A stretch of 64,000 nt of DNA, taken from Eledone cirrhosa. Taxonomy: Eukaryota. The stretch is from NCBI GenBank assembly GCA_964016885.1, contig OZ024744.1:65224001-65288000 (forward strand). The letters run 5' to 3'. Shown here piece by piece: positions 52,511 to 64,000 of this stretch. The translations under genes and the position numbers were made by a program. The notes below the pieces were generated by a model that saw nothing but the letters and a program-made list of their open reading frames with translations, had not been told where the DNA came from and did no database searches. Numbering within the stretch: position 1 is the stretch's first letter; the number at the start of each line of letters is the position of its first letter.

Positions 52511-53989
52511 CGTGAGAGAGAGAGAGAATTTTAAAGCCTGTGACACATGGTTTTCCATACAGTAAAACATATGTAAATAAGACCTCGTTGATTGCCCTAA
52601 CCCATAAACAAAACTCTCAGGTTGTCTTAACTCAGGAAACACTGTAAACCTGCACTCATAAACCACCTAAACCAACTGTAGAACCTGCAATGCCAATTAT
52701 GTATACCAGCCATGGACCAACCATTAAATGGGGAAGACAGACTTATCAAGCAATAGCCATCATATTATGTAGTTTCTGTATAATATAACTATACCCAATA
52801 TCACTGCGCCCTAGGCCTAGAGCCCAGCACCCTCCCTCTCCATCGTCCCATTCTTCTGAGACACTAGAGCCCTTGACTTTTCCTTCCTTTTCCATTTTTC
52901 TTAACCACAATAAACACTTGCATTTTTCACAATAGGAGCTTATCAAGTGACGTTCGTCACACATGCAACTCAGCTTGGACTGGCTGTGCTAGTCGACACT
53001 GATGAAAGACGCAGTAATAAGTTGAAATGTATCAGTCGATATAGTGAAGGTACCAATTGTCAGGCTATTTCTAGCAGTTATCATAGCAGTGATAATCCCA
53101 ACAGATATAGCAGCGATGACCAGTAGACAATCTAGACATAGCCACACAGAAAAGTAACCAGCAGAGTTGTGATCTAGTCCACGTGAGAATTACAATGAAC
53201 CCATATAACTATTATTATACAGTATTTTATGGCTGTAGCTAGATGTTACAGCTTTCTCAGTGTTTAGCCCATTGAGTACCAACCCACTAGAAACTGTACC
53301 TGGTTATATAAAACAAAACCACCCATTTTAAAGGATTCTTGTTTAATTAAAATCTTCCAACATAGTTTTATATCAGAACCTTTTGTTAAGTTAAATTACC
53401 AACATCATCTTAATAATGGAATGATTAATAATTTTAGCAAATCCCTTAAAAATTTTATTAATTTAAATACTGTGTATTTTGTTAAAAATACAATTACAAA
53501 AAGGTTAACGACTGTGAGAGTGAAGAGTAGAACAGTTCCATGAGTCAGATACAGTCACCTAACCCAACTTGCCTCTACTGAGATAACCCATCTAACCCAT
53601 GCTAGCATGGAAAATGGACGTTAAATGATGATGATGATGGTGATTCTATCTGAGCCAATGGACACACACTTCAGTGGGTTATGACCCCTTGGAAACAAAC
53701 CTCTTCAACCAATTGCTCTCACTACAAATATATCATTCAAAAGTTTCTAGACTCTTTCCTACTTAACTGATCAGATCACCAATTAGGGCTACTGAAGAAA
53801 CATATCTGCCACAGTTTGCTTTTCTATGTCACTCAGAAGTGTTTTCTAGCCTGAAAGAACATTAATTCTTTCAGTGAGATATAAGTTGTAATGGTAGTTG
53901 TTACAGAGGATTTTTTAACAAGATTACATGTTACCAAAATATTTTGTATATATTTTTTCTACTTTCTACAACAAAGGTTTCCCTGCCAA

Positions 53990-54185
53990 TTGATTGGTGG
54001 ATTGGCAGTATCGGTAGAGCGCAATTCACCATGCTTTGCAGCATAAAGTTATGACCCTTTACATTCTGAGTTCAAATCCATCTGAAGTTAGCTTTGCCTT
54101 TCATCTTTACAGGGTCGCTAAATTAAAGTACCAGTAATGCATTGGAGTAATTGTTGGACTTGTGCTTAAAGTAGAAACAATTATT
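53990..54185 (+). mobile_element. Nin/Deu-like tRNA SINE
   Basis: GGTGGATTGGCAGTATCGGTAGAGC head, B box, core and ATT tail. Confidence 0.85.
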
Positions 54186-54288
54186 ACACCAATTCAGGAA
54201 TGACAATTGTGCATTACTTTTCATGATGTATGTATGTATGTATGTATGTATGTATGTATGTATGTATGTATGTATGTATGTATGTATG

Positions 54289-56846
54289 TTCTTCTCATTT
54301 TATAATTTCACAAATTTTTTCCAATAGAGAGAGAGTTTCTAACATAGATACAAGACTCTTTCATTGGAATTTACACAACAACTAGGTAGACATGTATGCA
54401 TGTCTGCATGCATGCATGTGTGTGCAGGTATGGATGTTATTGTATGTGTGGATGTGGATGTTTTGAGTTATATGTGCATGTGCATATGCTTTGTATCTGT
54501 ACATGTGTACATGGAGTTATTAGATGCAGAATTTTTTGAATGTTTTACATATTTTTACTGTTCCATTAATGGATTGTACTTGTAATTTCCTAACTAGTTG
54601 TGTTCTTTCTGTTTCTGTGAAGCCCAGCTTCTCGAAATTTGTTTTGAGGAAGTTACTAACATATCCTAGTGCCCAAATAATCACAGGTATAAATCTGAAG
54701 GTATAGTCAGGGTGGAGTATCTGCAGATTTCTCATCAGTTCTGCATAAATATTCTCCTTTTCACAAATCTTTAATATTATATTGGTATCTGCTGGGCAGC
54801 TAACTTCCACTACTGGGCATGGCTTCTTTTCCCTGTCCCATATCATAATATCTGGTCTGTTATACCTTCATTTTATTGGGGTTTTGAATGGAACATTCCA
54901 CCAATACTCTTTCATATTATGTATATGTATGTCTTCCACATTGCTGTAGCTTTTAATGTGTTTGTTGTTGGGACTATCTTTTCTACGGATTACATTGTAA
55001 AGTGTTTTGGCCACTACATCATGCCTCATAGGTAGATAGTACCATGATGACATCTTTGGACAGCTGTTTATGACATTGCTGACATCTTCGATGTTAATTC
55101 TGCAGTCTGCACTTGTCACATCTAGGTGTTTTGCCTGCATCTCTATCTCTTTTGTGAATCAGGTATTTCGTGTTAATCTCCTGTTCTTGGATTGCAAAAG
55201 CATATCCTTCAAAGCCAAAAACGGTTGTTGGCCCAAGATAGACTACTTTCCTTATCTATATTACTCTTACTCTGGAGCTTTCTGGCAACATATCCATACA
55301 TGAATTTTTGCTGGTAAGTATGTAGTTTTTCATCCATGGATTCGCTGCTCAATTGCTGGGCAGTTTCCCTGGGTGTGAGTTTTTGATTATCATGTAGGGA
55401 GTATCTTTCAAGGAGTTCCTCCCAACTCTCATAATCTTATCTGTCTCATGCAGACAGACTTGATCAATAGATGGGCTCCTACGCTTCGAGGTTCGCAGAT
55501 GTTGTCGGAGGGATATGATGCGACATTCAAATGCTGTCTGGATTGATGTTAGGCCTCTGCCTCCCTGCTTACGTTTCAAGTTGAGGTGGTCTATGTCACT
55601 GTTGATGTGGAAATTTCTGGTGTTGTTTTGTATTTTTCAAGTCCTAATATCAATTGCTCAGATTTCGTCTATCGTTCAATTGAGTATTCCAAACGTTGGT
55701 GTTAGGACAAGCACAGCAAACACATTGTGAGCCACTGTTTTACTGTGTACAGAGAGTTCCGATGACCATATTTTTCTTAATCAGGTGTAATATTCCTTGG
55801 ATACACGTTCCTTATTATAAATACCATTATAGGATATATTCTCATCTATCCCCAGGTATCTGTAGCAGTCCTCGTCAGATATCGGTGAAACAGTTAGGCC
55901 ATTGATACAAATGTTGCTAGATTGGGTTGTAGTTTTTCCCCGCTTTATAGTCATATATGAGCATTTATCTTGGTCAAACTCCGTTCCTATATCCTTTGTA
56001 ACCAGGTCAAGATTTTTCTTCATCCCATTTATGTTCTTCATATAGAGTTTCAGATCATCCACAAAGAAATTATGGGTTAAATTCGTATTTCTGTCCTCCT
56101 GTGAGCCAATGATGTATCCTTCAGATTTCTTGAATAAAAGGTACAAAGGGTCTAATAACAGAATAAATAGCAGCACAGAAAGACTGTCTCCCTGAAATAT
56201 ACCCCTGTGATATTCTATTTTATCAGTGAAAATAGAGTCCTCCCTCTCTGTCTTTAACCTTAGGATAGTAGCCCAAGAAGACAGCCTCTCTATGGCTCTG
56301 ATAATAATGTCTGGGACTTTAGCAAGTCGGAAGGCCTCTATCATCCAAGAGTTGGGAACAGAATCAAATGCTTTCTTGTAGTCCAGCCAGACTGTAGCCA
56401 TATTCCTCCTAAGGTGTCGCACCTCTGACATTGCAGTTTTGTTGATTAGTTGTTCAGCACATCCCCAAACCCCTTTCTTTCCAGCTGCTTGTTCATCTGT
56501 GAATATGTTATTATTTTCACAGTGATCTTGGAGGAATAGGTTCAGGCAGGCTGTATACATCTTATACATCAGGGTCTGGCATGCAATGGGTTGGAAGTTT
56601 TTTTGCCAAGTGGGTGTCTTTGTTCTTGGGGACCAGTATTGTTTGTGCTAATGTCAACCATTCTGATATATGTATATCTCCCTTGAGAGCTTGTTGGTAG
56701 AGGTTGATAAGATACAACCGATAGAATATCAGTTTTTTGTAACAGTAGCCGACAATCATGTTTCTTCCTGGTGTTTTCTTATCTTGGAGTTTTCCTATCA
56801 CAGTCTCAAGGATATCCTCATTTATTTTGCATGTTTTTGTTCTAGT
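54289..56846 (-). mobile_element. R4/Dong-like non-LTR retrotransposon (RT, Zn-knuckle relic, restriction-like endonuclease), 5'-truncated, inside (TATG)n
   Basis: WLDYKKAFDSV, GIFQGDSLS, FFVDDLKLY, YRYLG, GGRGL, RHDVV, RPDIMIWD..VVEVSCP..EKENIY. (TATG)n at 54228-54288 and 56847-56953. Confidence 0.93.
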
Positions 56847-57579
56847 GTATGTATGTATGTATGTATGTATGTATGTATGTATGTATGTATGTATGTACAT
56901 ATGCATGTACATATGTATGTATGTATGCATGTATATACATACGTATGTATGTATTGGCCAAGGTGTAGGTGGTCTGAAAAACTGGGGCATAGTTTGCCAA
57001 GTAATTGAAGTAATTAGAAGTGAAGAGTAGAAGATATATTCTGGAAAGAGTTGACTAGGTGAGGAGCTAGATGTGTGTGTGTTGGTGTGGATTGTTTAGG
57101 ATGCAAAGAGAGTTTTTATTGTGATGTTATCCTGTTACCTCTCTTATATTACCTGTACTATCTGAAAAAAGTAGCAGGGATGATATCACACTCACATCCC
57201 CTCTAACCATTCTCTAATCAATGTTGTACATCTACTTCAACTCTACATAAATTGCCTAGAAACTTGGCTCCACAACTACTCACTGAAAGTAGTTTCCTAT
57301 CAAATCCACTACATCCCTTTTTTACTTGTTTTTATTTTCATATATGACCTTGTTTAATTAGGTTTCTGTAAATATTTTGGTTTTAACCCTTTAGTATTGT
57401 ATTCCATTAATCAATGGATTATGATATTTAAAAGAAATTGCAATCCATTGAAAATATATTAAAATAATAAATGTGGTTTCTTTTTTTCCATCCATTGAGT
57501 TAAACAATCTAGTCTTCTCTTGAATATTTTAAAGAGCGTTTTCTTCTTTTTTTTTGTGTGTGTGTGTGGGGAGGGGGGA

Positions 57580-57799
57580 CCCTTTAGCATTTAAACCAGC
57601 CATATCCTGCCAGCATTTTCTCACCTCTTTCTGTTCAAACTGGCCTGGCCATAACCAGCCACTGATTTTAAAGTATTGTTCTCAAAATAAATAATATCAA
57701 AATCTCATAGATTTGATATTATATGGGATAATTATGTGAGGTAAAGCCTTTACCATGAAAATATAATAGTAAATATAGAGTAATGTAAATGATAAAGGG
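57580..57799. mobile_element. piggyBac-like MITE
   Basis: TIRs CCCTTTAGCATTTA / TAAATGATAAAGGG. TTAA lies just to the right; the left TTAA is seen in the 15679 copy. Confidence 0.75.
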
Positions 57800-59022
57800 T
57801 TTAATCTCATTTTCTTGTAGAATCGTCCTTTTTTATATCTTTCTCTGGTGGCATTTACATGTGTTGGAAAAATTAATTTATTCTGTGTGATGTAGCGACA
57901 TAGTTTGACTAGCATTCAAGTTATCACCATCCTGTCTTCTGTTTTAACATGGATCTATTGTTAAGATGTTTGCTGTGCAACTACATAATTTTTGGTTTAA
58001 TCTTGCTGTTTAGCAACTTGGGCAAGTAACTTTGACTATTGCTTTGTGAGTGAATTTGGTTGATGGAAATTATGTGAAAGCTTGTAATACAACTATTATA
58101 ACTGATGGCTAAGTTGATGGGTTGGTAGTTGACAAGGTCAAAGCAGCTGTCTTTTGAAATAGAAAACACATTTACCTGTTACTATATAAATTAGGATAGA
58201 TCCCAGTAGGGAAGAAATATTGAAATTTTGTGTTGATTGTATCTAGCTTTGGAATACATTGTTTGAGGCTACCAGAAGAAATGTCACAAGAACTTGTTGC
58301 CTTGTTGGGTTGGAATAACCTGAGAGGTTTTCATACTTGGGCATTGTTGTACATTGTAGTATGACAGATAGAAAGGAATAAGAAAAAGATAAGAGTTTTG
58401 TGTTGCATGCAAACACACAAACACACAAACTCACAAACACATATACATATAAACACATATACACATATACACACAAACTCACAAACACATATACACACAA
58501 ACACACATACACACAAACACACAAACTCACAAACACATATACAACACAAACACACAAACTCACAAACACATATACACGCAAACACATATACACACAAACA
58601 CACAAACGCACAAACACACAAACACACAAACACACAAACACACAAACACATATGCACACAAACACATATACATATACACGCAAAAACATATACACGCAAA
58701 AACATATACACGCAAACACATATACACATAAACACGCAAACACATATACAGCTTTTTGTATGTTCATCTGTTGCACAGCCATAGAAACGATGCCAAATAT
58801 AAAACATAGAAATGTGTTGTGGACTATGCAAGCTACATTGCAGGCTAAGAATTAATACAGGTTAGAGGGAATTATTAAATCCTCTTTTCACAGGACAACT
58901 TCATTAGTGCCTCCACAGCTAAACAATGTAATACATCTAGACCTAGACCATGCTATAAAGTGATTGGTGATAGGAAGAATAGCTAGCCATCAAAACCATG
59001 CCAATACACAAAAGTGAGTTAA

Positions 59023-59037
59023 ATGATGATGATGATG

Positions 59038-59070
<33 letters not shown>

Positions 59071-59155
59071 GTCGTCACCATTATCATCATCATCATCATT
59101 ATCATCATCATCATCATCATCATAGTCGTCATCGTCATCATCATCATCATCATCA

Positions 59156-59200
<45 letters not shown>

Positions 59201-59227
59201 TCATCATCATCATCATCATCATCGTCG

Positions 59228-59260
<33 letters not shown>

Positions 59261-59312
59261 CTAATATCATTACCATTACTACCACCATCATCATCATCTT
59301 TATCATCATCAC

Positions 59313-59357
<45 letters not shown>

Positions 59358-59545
59358 CATCTTCATCATAAAGATGATGATGAGGATGATGATGAGGATG
59401 ATAACGATGATGATGATAATGCTGGTGGTGGTGGTGGTGGTGGTGGTGGTAATGGTGGTGGTGGCGGTGGTGGTGGTGATGCTGATGATGGGGGTGATTA
59501 TGATGGTGGTGGTGGTGGTGGTGGTGGTAATGGTGGTGATGCATG
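59023..59545. repeat. GAT/CAT/CGT/GGT trinucleotide complex starting from an RTE-type tail
   Basis: CCATGCCAATACACAAAAGTGAGTTAAATGATGATG is followed by two strand flips. Confidence 0.9.
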
Positions 59546-59618
59546 ACAAAAAATATATTTGTTTTGAGCTGGTTTCCAAGAGAAATACCTTCTGATAAGC
59601 ATCTATTTTTGGTCCTAG

Positions 59619-59676
59619 TAGACAGAAAGGTGAATATCTTACCCTGGAGGATGCCAAGAAAGATGCATTGAAAGAG
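59619..59676 (+). CDS. Candidate RhoGEF-like exon: RQKGEYLTLEDAKKDALKE
   Basis: TATTTTTGGTCCTAG acceptor (alternative starts at 59600 or 59622) and GAG|GTAATC donor, phase 0. Confidence 0.55.
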
Positions 59677-59830
59677 GTAATCCAATTCAAATGATTCATT
59701 CTTGCAAATGGACATCTTCACTTTGATTGAATTAAGTAGGGAAGGGGTTTGGGGAGCCAGGATATCTGCTATGATTTCAATGCAAAAGGCTACAGATAAC
59801 AGTCAGTTCTTTGTCAGCTATCAACCTATC

Positions 59831-60560
59831 AGTCAATGAAGCTTGGTCAACAAAACTTGGTCAATGAAGCTTGGTCAATGAAGCTTGGTCAATGAAGCTT
59901 GGTCAACAAAGCTTGGTCAACGAAACTTAGTCAACAAAGCTTGGTCAACAAAGCTTGGTCAACAAAGCTTAGTCAACAAAGCTTGGTCAACAAAGCTTGG
60001 TCAATGAAGCTTGGTCAATGAAGCTTGGTCAACAAAGCTTGGTCATTGAAGCTTGGTCAACGAAGCTTAATAAATGAAGCTTGGTCAACAAAGCTTGGTC
60101 AACAAAACTTAGTCAACAAAGCTTGGTCAACAAAGCTTGGTCAATGAAGCTTGGTCAATGAAGCCTGGTCAACAAAGCTTGGTCATTGAAGCTTGGTCAA
60201 CGAAGCTTAATAAATGAAGCTTGGTCAACAAAGCTTGGTCAACAAAACTTAGTCAACAAAGCTTGGTCAACAAAGCTTGGTCAATGAAGCTTAGTCAATG
60301 AAGCTTGGTCAACAAAGCCTGGTCAATGAAGCTTGGCCAACGAAGCTTAATAAATGAAGCTTGGTTAACAAAGCTTGGTCAACAAAACTTAGTCAACAAA
60401 GCTTGGTCAACAAAGCTTGATCAATGAAGCTTGGTCAACAAAGCTTAGTCAACAAAGTTTAATCAATGAAGCTTGGTCAGCAAAGCTTGATCAATGAATC
60501 TTGGTCAGCAAAGCTTGATCAATGAATCTTGGTCAACAAAGCTTGGTCAACAAAGCTTGG
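59831..60560. repeat. 14-bp minisatellite GTCAA(CA/TG)AAGCTTG with a 140-bp higher-order period
   Basis: About 52 units. The marker CGAAGCTTAATAAATG recurs at 60061, 60201 and 60341. Confidence 0.97.
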
Positions 60561-61568
60561 CTCTGATACTGATTTCACCAGGTTGCTACTGGTGAAAGTA
60601 TTACTGCAGATCACATCCCAGATAAAAGACCTACCACCTCAGAACTGTAAAATTATGATGCCATCTGATCTTTTGATGTCCTCTTTGTCTAACTCTGCTG
60701 GTTCCAGTACTGATGGGAAGCCAGCTGTATCCAATCCACATTTAACAATATGTTAAGGACATGTTGTGAGAAGCAGCCATCACTGAGGAGACATGACAAT
60801 GGATGGACTGTAGACCCATAATATCATTTGTGTTGCTCACAGATTCAGAGATGAAGCCTTAGTGAGATGACAATGTGGAGACAGTTGTCATCTAGTTGAG
60901 TATCAGTTGACCATGAGGGCATGATGTTCAGCCAGGCACTGGTGTGGGACTGGGAGGCAAATATAAAACATGCTAGTCAACATTGGGGAATCAGATGCAC
61001 AAATCTGTCTGTGGCTTTGTTGCAATGGCTGGCAACTCATTTGTGTTGGGCAGATTTAGTGTTGACAGGCTAAAGGTCAAGTCAGGTTCAGCTTGCAGGT
61101 GACCTCATGTGCCCTGGTCACAGTAGTTTCTGCAGTGTTGCAGAGAACCTTGTTGATAAGGGCATGATAGGAAGCCAATGAAGATGGAAATGCCAATGTA
61201 ACGAAGGATTTATGACCAAAGATCAAGGCCACTGTATCTAACAGGGAAGGTGGTTTGTTACCATCCTGTGTCATCAAACTGGATATTGCATATCTCCTCT
61301 GCGTGGAGATAGTGTGCTTAGTGAGGCAAGAGGTGTATGGAAGGTATATATTTCTTCAGCATGGCAAAGCAGTTCTCCAAGAGGAAGATTTGAATTAGAA
61401 GCAGTGGCTAGTAATTAAAGGTTATGGTGAATAGTATCAGCAAGTCTGCCTATAGTTGCATCTTACAACTGTACAGACATATAAAAAAAACACACACACA
61501 CAAACACACACGTATATGCATGCGCACACATACAGCTCTATATACAAAATTATTTTTTTCTTTTTCAG

Positions 61569-61667
61569 ATAGATACACTCAATCACAACCTTTTAAAACA
61601 ACTTTATCATACACAAAATGCCAGCATCAACAATTTTTTTCCTGGAGATGGCAACATGAATGGATCT
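61569..61667 (+). CDS. Candidate RhoGEF-like exon: IDTLNHNLLKQLYHTQNASINNFFPGDGNMNGS
   Basis: Strong TTTTTTTCTTTTTCAG acceptor, phase 0. It completes a Y-x2-L-x2-A-x10-L-N pattern like the DH terminal helix. Donor GTTATG is tentative; the frame otherwise stops at 61718. Confidence 0.55.
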
Positions 61668-61728
61668 GTTATGTTTCCACCACTGCCTGTCACCTCAATT
61701 TTTCTATTTCTTCTTTAATTTTTCATTC

Positions 61729-61767
61729 TATTTTCTGATGAAGGATTAGCATCCGAAACATTGAGAC
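61729..61767 (+). ncRNA. Minimal type I hammerhead motif (same family as 16905)
   Basis: TATTTT-CTGATGA-A-GGAT-TAGC-ATCC-GAAA-CA-TT-GAGA; stem I is degenerate. Confidence 0.65.
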
Positions 61768-62040
61768 TCTTTTCCTACTATATCAGTGTAAAAACAATAA
61801 TATGTTTCTTTATTATACTGTGTTGTTTGCTTTGTTATTTCTGTTTGCCTTTTGCAAACACACATTTACATACATATATACTGGCTTAGTTCGAATCTAG
61901 CTGTCAAAACGGCTGGAGCTCAGCCATCGGGGTCCTGACTCTTTTCCAATTACCCACTCTACTATCCTAAGTAACGAGTACTTTGGTGCATTATGCTCCC
62001 CCTGGTATCTTACCACACTTTCTTTTATATATATATATAT

Positions 62041-62746
62041 ATATTTAATATAGAAATGGCTTCTACAGGACTAGAACTGTTTCATTCAGGAAGCCCTCTT
62101 TTTTTTCAAACCACATTGGTCTCAGTCCAAGCCATCTCATTCACCCTTTTATAAATGGTCGTGATTGCACTTTTTGTCAGCTTCTGGTAAATCCACTTCG
62201 CTTTTGGTATTATCGGAGAGGAAATGGAGATTGGGGGAACTTTTCATTTTCTACATTTCGTCTTTTAAGTAAGCTTGGAATGGTGTGTTGGCTCTATGAA
62301 ATTTTATGTCCCTGATCAATTTAAAGAGGTCTTCCTCAAATGGTTTAAGTAGGCTGTTGGTGGGTGGTGCCTTATTTGTTTTGAATCCGAACTGCTCTTT
62401 ATTGGTAGATGCTACATCAGGGTGGTTGAGGAAGAATGCTCTCTATCTAATACACTTAATGAACTCATCTGTACGTCTGATGAGTGTTTTTAAGTATTGT
62501 TTCCTTGAGGGGGGGGGGGGGATCTTCTTCAAGGAGATATCAAGATCGAGTTTGATCAGCATGGTTTCTTGGTGATGGTTAAGAGGGACCCAGTAAGTGC
62601 TAAAAGATATGTTTATCCTGGGTTCAATCAGAGGTAACCACAGTAAGTAAGGTACTCAATACATAGCAGAGTATGAATATTTAATATAGAAATGGCTTCT
62701 ACAGGACTAGAACTATTTCATTCGGGAGAAATCATCAGGAAGCCCA
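62041..62746 (-). mobile_element. Internally deleted Penelope-like element: direct terminal repeats around the ORF N-terminus, between (AT)n tracts
   Basis: Direct repeats at 62041-62096 and 62677-62746. The ORF from ATG 62562 reads SLKKIPPP..YLKTLIRRTDEFI..RAFF..EEDLFKLIRDIKF..EADK. Confidence 0.75.
62694..62744 (-). ncRNA. Type I hammerhead motif in the pLTR
   Basis: GGCTTC-CTGATGA-TTTCTCCCGAAT-GAAA-TAG-TTCTAGTC-CTG-TA-GAAGCC. Confidence 0.75.
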
Positions 62747-62753
62747 TATATAT

Positions 62754-63228
62754 ATATTCAAAATAGGGGGACACACAGGACAACGACAATGAAAAAAACA
62801 TTGGAAAGACAGACAGTCCCATCTCCTCAGTCAACCTCTGGAAATCACTACAGTTTTGGTACATTAAGGTTGATACCATTCATTCCAGTACACATTGGTA
62901 GAGACAAGTTATACCTTTAGGCAAATTACACAAATATAGAAGAAAAAGTATCCCAAGTGCGTCATCTGACAAAGAAGGAAAATACCAGTGCAATAGGGCT
63001 TAGCAAAAGGTAAATAAAAATATAGAAAGGAGAGAAATAGTAAAACAGAAGAGAATAATAACGACTGTAGTCCAACGTGCAGACAAAGAAGAATGATACT
63101 GAGGCATAGAAAAGGTAAGAAGAGAGGCTAGAGGAAGACAAACCAGGTGGTGAGATGTCTATTATATGATAGTTTTAAAAAAAAGCCCTCAAGACTAAGT
63201 TGTTAGAATATAAATTCAAAATAGGGAA
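62754..63228 (-). mobile_element. Permuted copy of the 17020-17360 repeat family
   Basis: Same two blocks in swapped order; begins and ends with ATTCAAAATAGGG. Confidence 0.6.
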
Positions 63229-63230
63229 TA

Positions 63231-63426
63231 CAGGCCTAAGTCGGGGGACAGTGACGAAGGCCTGTAGCCGGTTCCGAGGCCACCTTGAGGCCGTCATCAA
63301 AGCCAATGGCGAGTTTATCATGAAGACAAACTGACCTAAGTTTGATAAATATATCTTAAAAAATAAAACTACCGTGTTATTTTTTCCTAGACAGTAATCT
63401 TGCGAACAAATATCGTCCGCACCCTG
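63231..63426 (+). mobile_element. 3' fragment of the DD37D mariner with one TIR and TA
   Basis: Reverse complement of ~8356-8572; ends TTGCGAACAAATATCGTCCGCACCCTG|TA. Confidence 0.92.
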
Positions 63427-63691
63427 TATATACTCAAACATATAAATGTATGCATATGCACATACACACACACACACATATACATATATGCGTCAGCATA
63501 TGGAAAAAAATCTTGGTTTTAAAACAATCAAGAATTTGGAGGGATTTAGTAAAATAACTAACATTCATTATTAGTTGATGTTTTGGAACATAACATAACA
63601 AAGGTTCTTACATAAAATTTTGACGGAATGATTTTAGATAAATATAAACAACTGAAAATAAACAACTTTATGTCATAGTACCAAACAATGA

Positions 63692-63840
63692 ATTGGCAGA
63701 GTTGTTAGAACATCAGATAGAATGATTTGCAGTATTTGTTTCAGCTCTCTGCTCTCTGTGTTCAAATCACACTGAAGTTAACTTTGCCTTTCATCCTTTC
63801 ATGGTCAATAAAAAAAATACCAGTCAAGTACTGGAGTTGA
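63692..63840 (+). mobile_element. Degraded Nin/Deu-like SINE
   Basis: ATTGGCAGAGTTGTTAGAAC..GTTCAAATC..TTGCCTTTCATCCTTTCATGGTCAATAA. Confidence 0.75.
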
Positions 63841-64000
63841 TTCTTCCTCTATATCTCTTTCCTACTTCCTTTCTCTCACTCACTCTATCCGTCTCTGGAA
63901 GAAATCTACTGTATTCAGGTCTGGAGAGAAAATGAGCTCCACCAGGTTTAAAAAATGCCCTAGAAACACCATATGTCAATATGGCACCCCTATGACTCCT

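Noticed and set aside
57900-58380. Possible host exons
   Set aside because: The minus-strand NYQPINL motif suggests an ancient LINE RT relic, too degraded to call.
59831-60560. CRISPR-like array
   Set aside because: Units are contiguous with no unique spacers, there are no cas genes, and the context is eukaryotic.
60600-61400. Unique-looking, moderately GC-rich stretch
   Set aside because: No convincing ORF, splice pair or motif; probably an old LINE, and unsupported either way.

Overview
Eukaryotic, repeat-saturated genomic DNA. The SINE/LINE repertoire and the very large AT/ATG/ACC microsatellites resemble an octopod cephalopod genome; this is inferred, not checked against a database. No intact long CDS is present, and most of the ORF track is simple-repeat translation or decayed TE. 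Contents: many RTE-clade LINE fragments (at least three families), L1/Tx1-clade LINEs, three R4/Dong-like RLE retroelements each embedded in (TATG)n, a DD37D (maT) Tc1/mariner with TIRs, piggyBac-like MITEs, a Gypsy RNase H relic, three tRNA-derived SINE families, Penelope-like relics with at least four minimal type I hammerhead ribozyme folds, and multi-kb satellites. Small plus-strand, splice-site-bounded, phase-compatible exons at about 3.6 kb, 5.6 kb, 59.6 kb and 61.6 kb read together like a divergent Dbl-homology (RhoGEF) domain. If so, nearly the whole window is intronic to one host gene. All calls were made by eye, and coordinates of degraded elements are approximate.
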